From Patescibacteria group bacterium (GTDB lineage Bacteria; Patescibacteriota; Patescibacteriia; UBA1558; UBA10009), in contig JAHISB010000018.1 in NCBI GenBank assembly GCA_018818425.1, positions 16,390 through 80,389 on the forward strand: DNA of 64,000 nucleotides, read 5' to 3'. A program made the translations under genes and the position numbers. The notes under the pieces are model-generated. The model was given only the letters and a program-made list of their open reading frames with translations, ran no database searches and was not told where the DNA came from. This document shows positions 1 through 9,117 of this stretch, one piece after another (position 1 is the stretch's first letter; the number at the start of each line of letters is the position of its first letter).

Positions 1-389
1 ATGATGAAGAATCAGAGGTGGATGAATGGCTTGAATTTTTCCTTGAAGGCATAGTTGAAATTGCGAATTCAGGCATAGAAACATGCACAAAAATTACCGC
101 GTTGCGTGATCGAGATTTTGCTAAAATGCAAAAACTTGGCAAGAAATCTGCTGCCTCAACACTAAAAATTGTCCATAATTTATTTAGTCAACCAATCGTT
201 GGAGTAGCAGAGATAATGAAATGGACAAAGTTTACCGCACCCGGCGCATATAATGTCATTGAACGACTCAAGAATTTGGGAATCCTTGAGCCTCTTGGCG
301 ATGCCGATTATGATCAAAAATATATTTATGCTGATTATTACGAAATCTTTGATGATTCCTTCAGAGAAGCGCGAAAAATGAAAAAATAA
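1..389 (+). CDS. Fic/DOC-family protein, C-terminal fragment (5' end lies beyond the window start)
   Basis: The reading frame is open from the window edge. The C-terminal segment carries the same W-L-E-F-F-L motif as the C-terminal winged-helix region of the Fic protein at 40569..41627. No Fic catalytic motif falls inside the window. Confidence 0.45.
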   Translation, partial: DEESEVDEWLEFFLEGIVEIANSGIETCTKITALRDRDFAKMQKLGKKSAASTLKIVHNLFSQPIVGVAEIMKWTKFTAPGAYNVIERLKNLGILEPLGDADYDQKYIYADYYEIFDDSFREARKMKK

Positions 390-391
390 AT

Positions 392-1561
392 ATGAAAACA
401 ATTTTAAAAACCAACATCACTGTTAGAGATATTTGCGAAGGGTTCGTCTATAACGAACTGGAAGGCAAGGGTTTGTTTGGATTATCCGGCAAGCTCACTA
501 TTCAGCCGGAATACCAACGCAATTATATTTATGCGTCTGACGGCGGCAAAAGAGAAATGGCCGTCATTGAATCAATTCTCAAGGGCTATCCGATCGGCCT
601 GATTTATTTTAATAAAGTGAGTGACAAAAATTTGGAAGTTTTGGACGGGCAACAGCGAATCACCAGTCTTGGACGTTTTGTGACTGACAAATTTGCCATC
701 AAAGATGAAAACGGTATGGAACAATATTTTGGCGGTATGGCAAAAGACAAGAAAGCCAAGATTTTGGAAACTAAACTGCTCATTTACGAATGCGAGGGAA
801 CAGAAAGCCAAATAAAGGAGTGGTTTAAGACGATAAATATTGCCGGAGTTCCGCTCGTCCCCCAAGAATTGTTAAATGCGATTTACTCTGGACAATTCGT
901 GACACTCGGCAAGGAGGAGTTTAGTAATAGCCAAAATGCAAATATTCAAAAATGGAGCGCGTACATAAAAGGAAGTGCAAACCGACAGGCTTTTTTTGAG
1001 AGGGCTCTGGACTGGGTAAGCAAAGGAAATATTGATGATTACATGAGTATTCATCGCCATGACAAAAATATCAATGAGTTAAAAAAATATTTCAACAGCG
1101 TGATCGATTGGATTTCTAGTGTGTTTACCGACGTAGAAAGCGAAATGTGCGGACTTGAGTGGGGCCGACTGTATGAGCAGTATCATAAGAAAGCCTATGA
1201 CCCCAAGAAAGTGTCAGCCGAAGTGCACAAGCTCTATGGTGATTCGTATATCAAAAACCGCAAAGGTATTTTTGAGTTTATTCTAGGTGGTTCAGTAGAC
1301 ACTAAACTGCTGGAGGTTCGCGTCTTTGACGAGGCAACCAAAAAATCAGTTTACACAATACAGACAGAAACTGCCAAAACCAAAGGCAAATCAAATTGTC
1401 CGCTTTGTGCTATCGGGCACGATGCCAATAAGGAGAAAATCTGGAGTTTGAGCGAAATGGACGCTGATCATGTTGCGGCTTGGAGTAAAGGTGGCGCGAC
1501 TGCGGCCAAAAACTGCCAAATGCTTTGCAAAACACATAATCGAGCAAAAGGAAATCGGTAA
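392..1561 (+). CDS. DUF262 (ParB/GmrSD-like nuclease-NTPase domain) fused to a C-terminal HNH endonuclease
   Basis: The N-terminal half has the DUF262 hallmarks ([20 protein letters not shown]). The C-terminus has an HNH-like Cys/His/Asn cluster (CPLC..H..DHV..W..GG....[10 protein letters not shown]). Confidence 0.6.
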   Translation: MKTILKTNITVRDICEGFVYNELEGKGLFGLSGKLTIQPEYQRNYIYASDGGKREMAVIESILKGYPIGLIYFNKVSDKNLEVLDGQQRITSLGRFVTDKFAIKDENGMEQYFGGMAKDKKAKILETKLLIYECEGTESQIKEWFKTINIAGVPLVPQELLNAIYSGQFVTLGKEEFSNSQNANIQKWSAYIKGSANRQAFFERALDWVSKGNIDDYMSIHRHDKNINELKKYFNSVIDWISSVFTDVESEMCGLEWGRLYEQYHKKAYDPKKVSAEVHKLYGDSYIKNRKGIFEFILGGSVDTKLLEVRVFDEATKKSVYTIQTETAKTKGKSNCPLCAIGHDANKEKIWSLSEMDADHVAAWSKGGATAAKNCQMLCKTHNRAKGNR

Positions 1562-1930
1562 AAAGTGAAGAGTTTTCGGTCGGGGCAATTCACCCCTTTT
1601 GTTCCCCTCTTGCCCCCCTCCCTCAAACAGAATAAGGAGTTTTGGATTTTGGGCATTCACTCCTAACCCCTCTGCCCAAAATCCAAAACAGAAAAAGAAA
1701 TTTGAAAATTTTTTAAAACAACCGACTATCGTCGGAAAAAGAAAAGGAATACATCAGCTAACAACGAGTATCCGGTTACGGCTTTTTACAAAAGCCTCCA
1801 CCCAAATTTTTCCTCCGTTCCGCTCCAGAAAAACTTCAGATACTCGAAACGTTATATGCTGTTCAAAATTGCTCCTAATCGTCGCAACTTCGGATCAGCA
1901 AGGAACGTTAGATAAAATAAATAAAAATAA

Positions 1931-4705
1931 ATGCCTAAACAACAAAAATTCATAATAATCGACGGTAATGCGCTTTTGCACCGCGCTTTCCATGCCCTGC
2001 CGCCTATGACTTTAAAGAACGGCACTTTGGTTAATGCTGTTTATGGCTTTACTTCCATTCTGTTAAAGATTATTAAAGAGCTGAAGCCGGACTATATCTG
2101 CGCCGCTTTTGACAGAAAAGGCGTTACTAAACGAGCCGAGGAATTTGCCGATTATAAAGCCCAGCGCAAAAAACAGCCCGACGAACTGTATCAGCAGATT
2201 CCGATTATTGAGGATATTCTGAAAGCTTTTAAAGTGCCGGTGATTGATTCTAAAAAAGAGGGCTACGAAGCTGATGATGTTATTGGCACGGTAGTCGCTA
2301 AACTTAAAAAGGATGAACCCGACATTAAATCGGTGATCGTCACCGGCGATTTGGATACTCTGCAGCTGGTTGATGAAAACGTGGAAGTCTTTACGCTTAA
2401 AAAGGGTATTTCCGATACCATTACCTATGCTCCCCAAACAGTTAAAGAAAGGTACGGCCTGGAGCCGGAGCAACTGGTGGACTTTAAAGCTCTGCGGGGA
2501 GACCCTTCCGACAATATCCCGGGGGTCAAGGGCATTGGCGAAAAAACCGCTGCCAAGTTGATTCAAAAATTCGGCGCTTTGGAAAATTTATATCAAGCCA
2601 TAAAGAATGATGATAAAAAACTGGATGATTTTAAAGAAAGAATTATCAACCTGCTTAAAGAGCGGGAAAAAGAAGCTTTTTTAAGTAAGCGGCTGGTTAC
2701 GATTCAAACCGACTTACCCACTAATTTTAAATTGGCTGATACCAAAATTCAGGGCTTTGACCAAAAAGCGGTTATTAAATTATTTACCGACCTTGAGTTT
2801 AAAAGCTTGATGAATAGAATCCCGATGGCAATGGCCGGCGATGTTGAAAAATTGCCGGATGGTGAAAAAACAAAAGGTTCGCAAAGTAAAATGGAATTTA
2901 TGAAATTGGAGACCAGGCCGAAAAATAAAAAATTCAAATATCAATTAATTGATAATGATGATAAATTCAATAAATTTTTTGATGATTTAAAAAAACAATC
3001 TTTATTTGCTGTTGATACCGAAACTACTTCTTTGGATGTTTGGCAGGCAGAGCTTTTGGGGTTAAGCATTTCCTGGCAAGCAGATGTTGCCTACTATATT
3101 GTAAAGAATGGCGAATGGCTGAAAAAATTAAAACCGATTCTGGAAGATCCTAAAATTAAAAAAGTCGGCCATCATTTAAAGTATGATTACGAAGTCTTGA
3201 TGCAAAATGACATTGTTATTGATGGAATTGAATTTGACACTTTGCTGGCCGCCTATTTATTGACTTCGGGCAACCGCAATTTAAATCTTGATGATCTGGT
3301 TTTCAGCGAGCTTAAGTATCAAATGCAGCCCATTGAAGAGCTGATTGGCCCTAAGGGTAAAAAACAAATGTCAATGAAAGATGTTCCGCTGGAACAGCTT
3401 TCGTGGTATGCCTGCGAAGACGCGGATTTTTCTTTAAAGCTTTATAAAAAACTAAAGCCGCAGCTGGAGCAGGCGGCTAATCTGGGCCTGCTGCAAAAAA
3501 TGGAAGTTCCTTTAATTCCGGCGCTGGCAATTATGGAAAAAACCGGCATTAAAATTGATGTTGATTTTCTCAAAAAGATGAATCAAAAATTTAATCAGAA
3601 AATTAATTCTCTGGAAGATAAAATCTATAAACTGGCCGGCGCTAAATTCAATATTGCTTCGCCTCTTCAGCTTAAAGAAATCCTTTTTGAAAAGTTGAAA
3701 ATTTCCACCGCCGGCTTGAAAAAAATTAAAACCGGCATCTCCACGGCCGCCGCGGAGCTGGAAAAAATGAGAGGCAAGCATCCAATTATCGACCTGATTT
3801 CTGAATTTAGAGAATATGCCAAACTGCAAAACACCTATATTAAAGCTCTGCCTAAATTAGCTGATCCCCGAACCGACCGAGTTCATACCAGCTTCAACCA
3901 GACCATTGCGGCCACCGGGCGTTTTTCTTCTTCTGATCCTAATTTGCAGAATATTCCTATCCGGACGGAAATTGGCAGAGAAATTAGAAAGGCCTTTATT
4001 GCCGAGCGGGGCTATCGGATTATTTCGGCCGACTATTCGCAGATTGAACTGCGGGTAATTGCTTCTTTAGCTGGTGACCAGAAAATGATTGACTATTTTA
4101 AAAAAGGCGAGGATATCCATGCCCGCACCGCCGCCAATATCAACAAGATTGATATTAAAGAAGTCACTCGCCAGCAGCGCCGGGCCGCCAAAGAAGTCAA
4201 TTTCGGGGTAATTTACGGCCTGGGCTATGTTGGCCTGGCCCAACGCACAGGCATTAGCCGCGAAGAGGCCCAAAGTTTTATTGACCAATATTTTGCCGTC
4301 CATCCGCAGATTAAAAACTGGCTGGCAGAAACCAAAAAAATAGCCCACAAGCTCGGCTATGTTGAAGACCTTTTTGGCCGCCGCAGATATCTGCCCGATA
4401 TTAATTCCGGGGTGCAGATGCTTAAAGCGGCGGCCGAACGCATGGCTATTAATATGCCGATTCAGGGCACAGCCGCCGATCTTTTAAAACTTTCGATGAT
4501 TGAAATTGATAATCAACTACCGGCCTTCTCACCTAAATCTAAAATGCTCCTGACTGTTCATGATGAACTGGTTTTTGAAGCGCCGGCCAAAGAAGTTGAC
4601 AGAGTCTCTAAATTAGTTAAAAATATAATGGAAAATATTTATAAATTAAAAGTCCCCATAGAGGTTGATGTCCATTCAGCCAAAAACTGGGGTGACTGTA
4701 AATAA
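1931..4705 (+). CDS. polA: DNA polymerase I (5'-3' exonuclease, 3'-5' exonuclease and polymerase domains)
   Basis: 924 aa. The N-terminus matches the 5'-nuclease domain (IIDGNALLHRAFHAL, GVKGIGEKTA). The C-terminus has the polymerase motifs (RRAAKEVNFGVIYG, LLTVHDELVFE). Confidence 0.95.
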   Translation: MPKQQKFIIIDGNALLHRAFHALPPMTLKNGTLVNAVYGFTSILLKIIKELKPDYICAAFDRKGVTKRAEEFADYKAQRKKQPDELYQQIPIIEDILKAFKVPVIDSKKEGYEADDVIGTVVAKLKKDEPDIKSVIVTGDLDTLQLVDENVEVFTLKKGISDTITYAPQTVKERYGLEPEQLVDFKALRGDPSDNIPGVKGIGEKTAAKLIQKFGALENLYQAIKNDDKKLDDFKERIINLLKEREKEAFLSKRLVTIQTDLPTNFKLADTKIQGFDQKAVIKLFTDLEFKSLMNRIPMAMAGDVEKLPDGEKTKGSQSKMEFMKLETRPKNKKFKYQLIDNDDKFNKFFDDLKKQSLFAVDTETTSLDVWQAELLGLSISWQADVAYYIVKNGEWLKKLKPILEDPKIKKVGHHLKYDYEVLMQNDIVIDGIEFDTLLAAYLLTSGNRNLNLDDLVFSELKYQMQPIEELIGPKGKKQMSMKDVPLEQLSWYACEDADFSLKLYKKLKPQLEQAANLGLLQKMEVPLIPALAIMEKTGIKIDVDFLKKMNQKFNQKINSLEDKIYKLAGAKFNIASPLQLKEILFEKLKISTAGLKKIKTGISTAAAELEKMRGKHPIIDLISEFREYAKLQNTYIKALPKLADPRTDRVHTSFNQTIAATGRFSSSDPNLQNIPIRTEIGREIRKAFIAERGYRIISADYSQIELRVIASLAGDQKMIDYFKKGEDIHARTAANINKIDIKEVTRQQRRAAKEVNFGVIYGLGYVGLAQRTGISREEAQSFIDQYFAVHPQIKNWLAETKKIAHKLGYVEDLFGRRRYLPDINSGVQMLKAAAERMAINMPIQGTAADLLKLSMIEIDNQLPAFSPKSKMLLTVHDELVFEAPAKEVDRVSKLVKNIMENIYKLKVPIEVDVHSAKNWGDCK

Positions 4706-4848
4706 CTTGATTATTAGACTATTTGAGTATTTGAATATTAGAATATTTGATTATCTAAATATTAAATTATTAGAATAATGGTAATAAACTAGATAATCAA
4801 ATATTCCACCGGTCAAATAATCTAATAATCTATGAATCTAATAATCTA

Positions 4849-5346
4849 ATGTTTCTAACGGTCCACGCCGCATCAGGAATTTTTATCGGCAGCCAGGTTT
4901 CTGCCCCTTGGCTGGCTTTTATTTTGGGTTTTGTATCCCACTGGCTTTTGGACTTTATACCGCACGGCGATGAAAAAGTGATTGACCGCTCAAAATTTTC
5001 CGAAAGCCGGCTAAAAAAAATGCTTTTTTATGTGGCTGCCGCAGATACCTTGGGTATTATTATTCTTTTTTACTTTCTTATCTCAACAGAAACCATTGTC
5101 TTGACTTCAGGCATTCTTTGGGGCATGCTGGGAGCAGTGGCTCCGGATTATTTATGGGGTCTCCATAAAATTACCCGCATCAGGGTCTTAAAGCCCCTGC
5201 ATAAAATTCACAACTGGTTTCATCTTAAGCTGACTAATCCCCGATACCCCCGATTAAATCGGGGACGGGGACTGCCTTTCAAGCTTGGCAGTTTAATCCA
5301 GCTGGCCGCTTTTATTGCTTTTTTTCTCTTGATTATTTACTTATAA
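4849..5346 (+). CDS. hypothetical polytopic membrane protein carrying an in-frame palindromic mini-element insertion
   Basis: Hydrophobic helices throughout. The segment 5225..5280 encodes NPRYPRLNRGRG and contains the perfect palindrome ccccgattaaatcgggg. Confidence 0.45.
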   Translation: MFLTVHAASGIFIGSQVSAPWLAFILGFVSHWLLDFIPHGDEKVIDRSKFSESRLKKMLFYVAAADTLGIIILFYFLISTETIVLTSGILWGMLGAVAPDYLWGLHKITRIRVLKPLHKIHNWFHLKLTNPRYPRLNRGRGLPFKLGSLIQLAAFIAFFLLIIYL

Positions 5347-5366
5347 TTGACTTTTGAATCTTTATT

Positions 5367-6314
5367 ATGTTCATCTTTTTATATGGCGAGGACTCGTACC
5401 GCTCCGGCCAAAAGCTTAAGGAAATAAAAAATAATTTTAAGGAAAAAACCGACCCTTCGGGCCTTAATATTGCCGTTTTTGAAGATGAGAATTTTGATTT
5501 GGAAAAATTTAATTCTGCTGCCGGCCAAAGCGGTTTCTTAGTTGCCAAAAGATTAATTATTATTAAAAACCTGTTATTAAATAAGCCGGCTAAAGAACTT
5601 GCTGAAAGCTTAGTTGAATTATTAGACAGGCTAAAAGGCAGTGAAAATATTTTTGTTTTTTACGAAAACGGTATTCCTGACCGGAGAACCGGGCTGTTTA
5701 AAAAACTTGGCCAAAGCAAATTGGTCCAGACTTTCGAACCTCTGGAAAATACCAAACTTGATAATTGGATTAAAAAATATATCGAGGAATCGGGCGGTAA
5801 AATAGAAAAAGACGCTTTGGACTTGCTGCTTTCTTTTGTGGGCGACAATCTGTGGCAATTAACCAGCGAGCTGGATAAATTAATGGCTTTTAAAAATAAT
5901 CAGGCCATAAAAAAGGAAGATGTTGAACAGTTTGTGACGGCAAAATTAAATGAGAATATTTTTGGCTTATCCGATGCCTTGGCCGTTGATAATAAAAAAG
6001 AAGCCGTTAGACTCCTTAAAGAACAGCTGGCCGTGGGCCTAAACGAAATTTATTTATTGACTATGATGACCAGGCAATTTAGAATTTTGGCCGAAATAAA
6101 ATCCCTGCTGTCCCAGGGAGTGCCACAGGCCCACATTGCTTCTAAATTAAAACTCCATCCTTTTGTAGTAAAAAAAGCTCTGCCGCAAGCTAATAAATTT
6201 ACTCTGGCTAAATTTAAAAAAATCTATCAGCAGTTGGTTGAACTTGATAAAAAGATGAAGTCCACCTCCCTGCCGCCGGCTACGCTTCTTAATCAATTTA
6301 TTATGCAAATTTAA
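5367..6314 (+). CDS. holA: DNA polymerase III delta subunit
   Basis: N-terminus is LYGEDSYR, and the central LWQLTSELDKL motif is typical of HolA. About 315 aa. Lies just downstream of polA. Confidence 0.75.
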   Translation: MFIFLYGEDSYRSGQKLKEIKNNFKEKTDPSGLNIAVFEDENFDLEKFNSAAGQSGFLVAKRLIIIKNLLLNKPAKELAESLVELLDRLKGSENIFVFYENGIPDRRTGLFKKLGQSKLVQTFEPLENTKLDNWIKKYIEESGGKIEKDALDLLLSFVGDNLWQLTSELDKLMAFKNNQAIKKEDVEQFVTAKLNENIFGLSDALAVDNKKEAVRLLKEQLAVGLNEIYLLTMMTRQFRILAEIKSLLSQGVPQAHIASKLKLHPFVVKKALPQANKFTLAKFKKIYQQLVELDKKMKSTSLPPATLLNQFIMQI

Positions 6315-6330
6315 AAAGGCCTTGCCTTAC

Positions 6331-6462
6331 TCTGTCATTGCGAGCGGAGCGAAGCAATCCCCTTGGTCGAATGAACGTTCGTTCAACTAGGGAATCGCCG
6401 CGTCGTCGAGCTTTGCTCGTCTCCTCGCGATGACAATGAAAGGCAAGGCCTTTTTTGATTCT
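6331..6462. terminator. long imperfect nested hairpin with T-runs on both sides, likely a bidirectional terminator between convergent holA and rpsT
   Basis: The outer arms aaaaaggccttgcctt...aaggcaaggcctttttt enclose the inner complementary arms gtcattgcgag...ctcgcgatgac. Flanked by A-runs and T-runs. Confidence 0.5.
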
Positions 6463-6466
6463 TAAA

Positions 6467-6733
6467 TTACTTCTTTATTTTTCTGACTCTGGCAACTAAG
6501 CGCGACTTTTTCCGATTGGCTGTATTCTTTTTAATTACGCCCCTTTTAACCGCTTTATCAATAGCTTTTTGGGTTTGTTTAAGCAAATCCTGAACCTTGT
6601 CCATTTCTCCGGCTTCTGCGGTTTTTAAGGTTTTTTTAATTAAATCTTTGACAGTTTTTTTACGCTTGATATTTCTGACTGTTCTCTTTTGGTCCCGGCG
6701 CAGCGCTTTTTTTGCTGATGGTGTTGTTGGCAT
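6467..6733 (-). CDS. rpsT: 30S ribosomal protein S20
   Basis: 88-aa basic protein. Starts MPTTPSAKKALRRDQKRTVRN, which is the S20 signature. Confidence 0.9.
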   Translation of the reverse strand: MPTTPSAKKALRRDQKRTVRNIKRKKTVKDLIKKTLKTAEAGEMDKVQDLLKQTQKAIDKAVKRGVIKKNTANRKKSRLVARVRKIKK

Positions 6734-6865
6734 ATTGTTGGTTGATTAAGTTTTATAAGTTATTAACGATAAATTTTATCATTGTTCATTTATCATTGTT
6801 CATTTATAATAAGGGTGTGAGAGATAAAACGATACTAACATAATCATAATAATAAATCAACTAAT

Positions 6866-7111
6866 ATGAAAGTCGAATACATTTCATCCAAAGAACAAAT
6901 GCTGATTGCCGAAAATTTGTATAATATTACCGATTCTATAGAAGCGGCTAAACGATTAGAAGAAGAATGCGGTATCAAAATTACATACGGCAAATCAGTT
7001 GAGCTTAGGGACTTTGCCCGCAAGCTGGATAAAACCAAGTTCTTTAATTGGGAAATTGAAAAAGCTATCGAAAAACATAGCGGGCATAAAATTCGTTTAC
7101 GCGATTTATAG
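6866..7111 (+). CDS. small hypothetical protein (81 aa, charged and helical)
   Basis: ORF only. It converges on and overlaps the 3' end of the truB fusion gene by about 47 nt. Weak RBS. Confidence 0.25.
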   Translation: MKVEYISSKEQMLIAENLYNITDSIEAAKRLEEECGIKITYGKSVELRDFARKLDKTKFFNWEIEKAIEKHSGHKIRLRDL

Positions 7112-8405
7112 CTTCCAGCGGCTTAATCAAATATTTAGAATAATTATCTTTTGTAAGCTGATCCAACCGAACCGCCTCATTAATATTAAAATCCCCGATC
7201 GCGGTTCTTTTTAGTTCTTCAAGAATTGCCCCGGTACCCAACTTTTGACCAATGTCATGCGCCAGCGTTCTGATATATGTTCCGGTTGAACAAACGATTC
7301 TAATTTCAAAATTTGGGATTTGGGATTTGGGATTTGGGATTTGTTTGTTTCTTGCTCCGCCTTGAGCTTGTCGAAAGGTGGGTTGTATCTTGTATCTTAA
7401 TAATTCAATCTTATATATTTCAATCTCCGATGGTTTCCGAGCAATGGTTTTACCCTGACGAGCAATCTCATATAATTTTTTTCCATCGACCTTCTTGGCC
7501 GAAAACATCGGCGGCAACTGCTGCTGTTTACCAATGAACGATTTTAAAATGTTTTGGATTTTGGATTTTGATATTTGAGAATTATTTAGTCCCCGATTTA
7601 TTCGGGGATGGAATTTAGGATTTACCTCTCGGCCATGAGCTCGAGGCCGAATGGGAATTTTACCCGTCCTATCATAAGTATCCGACGTAACTCCCAAAGT
7701 AATGGCCGCTTCGTAAATTTTTGACAGCACATTAAACACTCCTGCAATTTTAGTTGCCTGTCCTATAGCGCAAATCAAAAGCCCGGTGGCAAACGGATCG
7801 AGCGTGCCGGTATGGCCGATTTGTTTGATGCCGGTGATGGAACGAAGCTTGGCCACAACATCGTGCGAAGTCCAATCCATGGGCTTATTAATTAATAAAA
7901 ATCCTGCTCGCCTCGATTCGGCGAAGCGGGCCTGCTCATCCTCTAATGCTTTCCTAATGCTTTTACCCTTGCAGACATCTTCTTTAAACGGTTTAAGTCT
8001 CTCTATTTTAAAATGTAAATCGGAGTTAACCGCTAAATCATGCAAGCCCTTAACATAGTTCTGCTGATCATAGCCCATGCCAATAACATCGGGTTTTTCT
8101 TGTTTAATGATTTTATAAGGATCGTCCAGATCGCCTAAAACAACCTTCCAATCCCCCGGTCTTTTGGTCTTTGATAAAACATCCTTTAATTGATTCAATC
8201 TTTTATTTTCATCAAAGTAAGGATTCCTGCCTTTCATTTTTTTTACATTTTCGTCTCTGGCAATTATAACAACTAAAAAATTATCTGACCCTAAACCGGA
8301 GCGTAGCGACTGGTTTAGGGCACCCAGCTCTTTAGCTTGTTCAATTAAATTGATATGTCCGGGATGGATTATATCAAAAGTTCCCGCAACTAGTACTTTA
8401 GTCAT
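7065..8405 (-). CDS. truB: fusion protein: N-terminal cytidylyl/adenylyltransferase-like domain (HxGH) + C-terminal tRNA pseudouridine(55) synthase TruB
   Basis: The N-terminus GTFDIIHPGHINLIEQAKELG is a nucleotidyltransferase HxGH motif. The TruB catalytic motifs lie further on (GHTGTLDPFATGLL, KIYEAAITLG, QLPPMFSAKKVDGKKLYE). Two in-frame repeat inserts at 7312..7380 and 7552..7660. Confidence 0.8.
   Translation of the reverse strand: MTKVLVAGTFDIIHPGHINLIEQAKELGALNQSLRSGLGSDNFLVVIIARDENVKKMKGRNPYFDENKRLNQLKDVLSKTKRPGDWKVVLGDLDDPYKIIKQEKPDVIGMGYDQQNYVKGLHDLAVNSDLHFKIERLKPFKEDVCKGKSIRKALEDEQARFAESRRAGFLLINKPMDWTSHDVVAKLRSITGIKQIGHTGTLDPFATGLLICAIGQATKIAGVFNVLSKIYEAAITLGVTSDTYDRTGKIPIRPRAHGREVNPKFHPRINRGLNNSQISKSKIQNILKSFIGKQQQLPPMFSAKKVDGKKLYEIARQGKTIARKPSEIEIYKIELLRYKIQPTFRQAQGGARNKQIPNPKSQIPNFEIRIVCSTGTYIRTLAHDIGQKLGTGAILEELKRTAIGDFNINEAVRLDQLTKDNYSKYLIKPLEAINRVNEFYARYVFR
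7312..7380. repeat. (TTTGGGA)4 heptamer array + mini-element half, in frame inside truB
   Basis: atttgggatttgggatttgggatttgggatttgtttgtttcttgctcc... Confidence 0.8.
7552..7660. repeat. (TTTTGGA)3 + palindromic mini-element (tccccgatttattcgggga), in frame inside truB
   Basis: Homologous to the uvrB insert and to the intergenic copy at 34558..34614. Confidence 0.8.
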
Positions 8406-8433
8406 AATAAATATTATTTGAAATTTGACCTTG

Positions 8434-8462
8434 ACATTATTGAAATTTCTGCTATCATAGTT
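8434..8462 (+). promoter_or_regulatory. sigma70-like promoter TTGACA-N16-TATCAT upstream of the lipoprotein gene
   Basis: Direct sequence read: ccTTGACAttattgaaatttctgcTATCATag. A GGAGGA RBS sits before the GTG start at 8504. Confidence 0.45.
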
Positions 8463-8503
8463 GATTAGGCAATTATATCAAAAAATGGAGGAGGAACAAA
8501 ACC

Positions 8504-9085
8504 GTGAAAACAATCGTTCTTTTCACTTTAGCGCTCTGCCTGCTGCTAAGCGGTTGCAACCGCATCGAGCCGCCGGTTGTTCGGGCGGAAAAACAGTTCT
8601 GCCAGCTGGAAAATCAGTTCTGGCTTAAGGCAATCGATAGCGCCACCCAACTAGCCTATAACTGGGTGACAATCGATACCTTGAAAAGTGGGTTTTTTAT
8701 CCCTTCCAACTGCATCAAACAAATGAGCGCAATTTTCACTGACACCTTGCAGGGAGACTCAGTGCAAATCAATGCCTACCGGCTAGCCCAACTAACTTCA
8801 GATGAATACTGCATTATAATTTTGGAATTAGTCCGTCGGTCAACAGATTGGCATCGGACGGTGCGCTGGCCAATGGATACAACCTGGGTAGAATTTACCC
8901 CTAATCTGCCAGATACGATTAGCTTGGGAGTACATAAAATTGCTCATCAGCAATACTGGTACGCCATTACCATCGGCGCGACCAGCGGTCCGGCTTTTGT
9001 CCGCTCCGGTTTCGTCAAAATGCTGTTGGAGAAGATGCGTCTAGATCTTTATCCGCCAACTGCGGCGTCAAAAAATCCAAAATAA
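8504..9085 (+). CDS. lipoprotein (GTG start; lipobox LLLSGC)
   Basis: Signal peptide MKTIVLFTLALCLLLSGC followed by a hydrophilic body. A GGAGGA RBS lies 9 nt upstream. Confidence 0.55.
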   Translation: MKTIVLFTLALCLLLSGCNRIEPPVVRAEKQFCQLENQFWLKAIDSATQLAYNWVTIDTLKSGFFIPSNCIKQMSAIFTDTLQGDSVQINAYRLAQLTSDEYCIIILELVRRSTDWHRTVRWPMDTTWVEFTPNLPDTISLGVHKIAHQQYWYAITIGATSGPAFVRSGFVKMLLEKMRLDLYPPTAASKNPK

Positions 9086-9117
9086 TATGCGAGATAAACT
9101 GAAAAACAGACTGGACA

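Noticed and set aside
1599-1955. 118-aa ORF between the DUF262-HNH gene and polA
   Set aside because: It overlaps a C-rich low-complexity tract and has no RBS. Its composition (runs of P, S, K) looks like translation of non-coding sequence.
2063-2566. Antisense ORFs inside polA, rpoB, rpoC, ftsK, recA and the pilin genes (for example 2063..2566, 17254..17523, 22758..23132, 32575..33009, 35903..36292, 48543..48917)
   Set aside because: They sit within strongly supported conserved genes on the opposite strand and are typical shadow ORFs.
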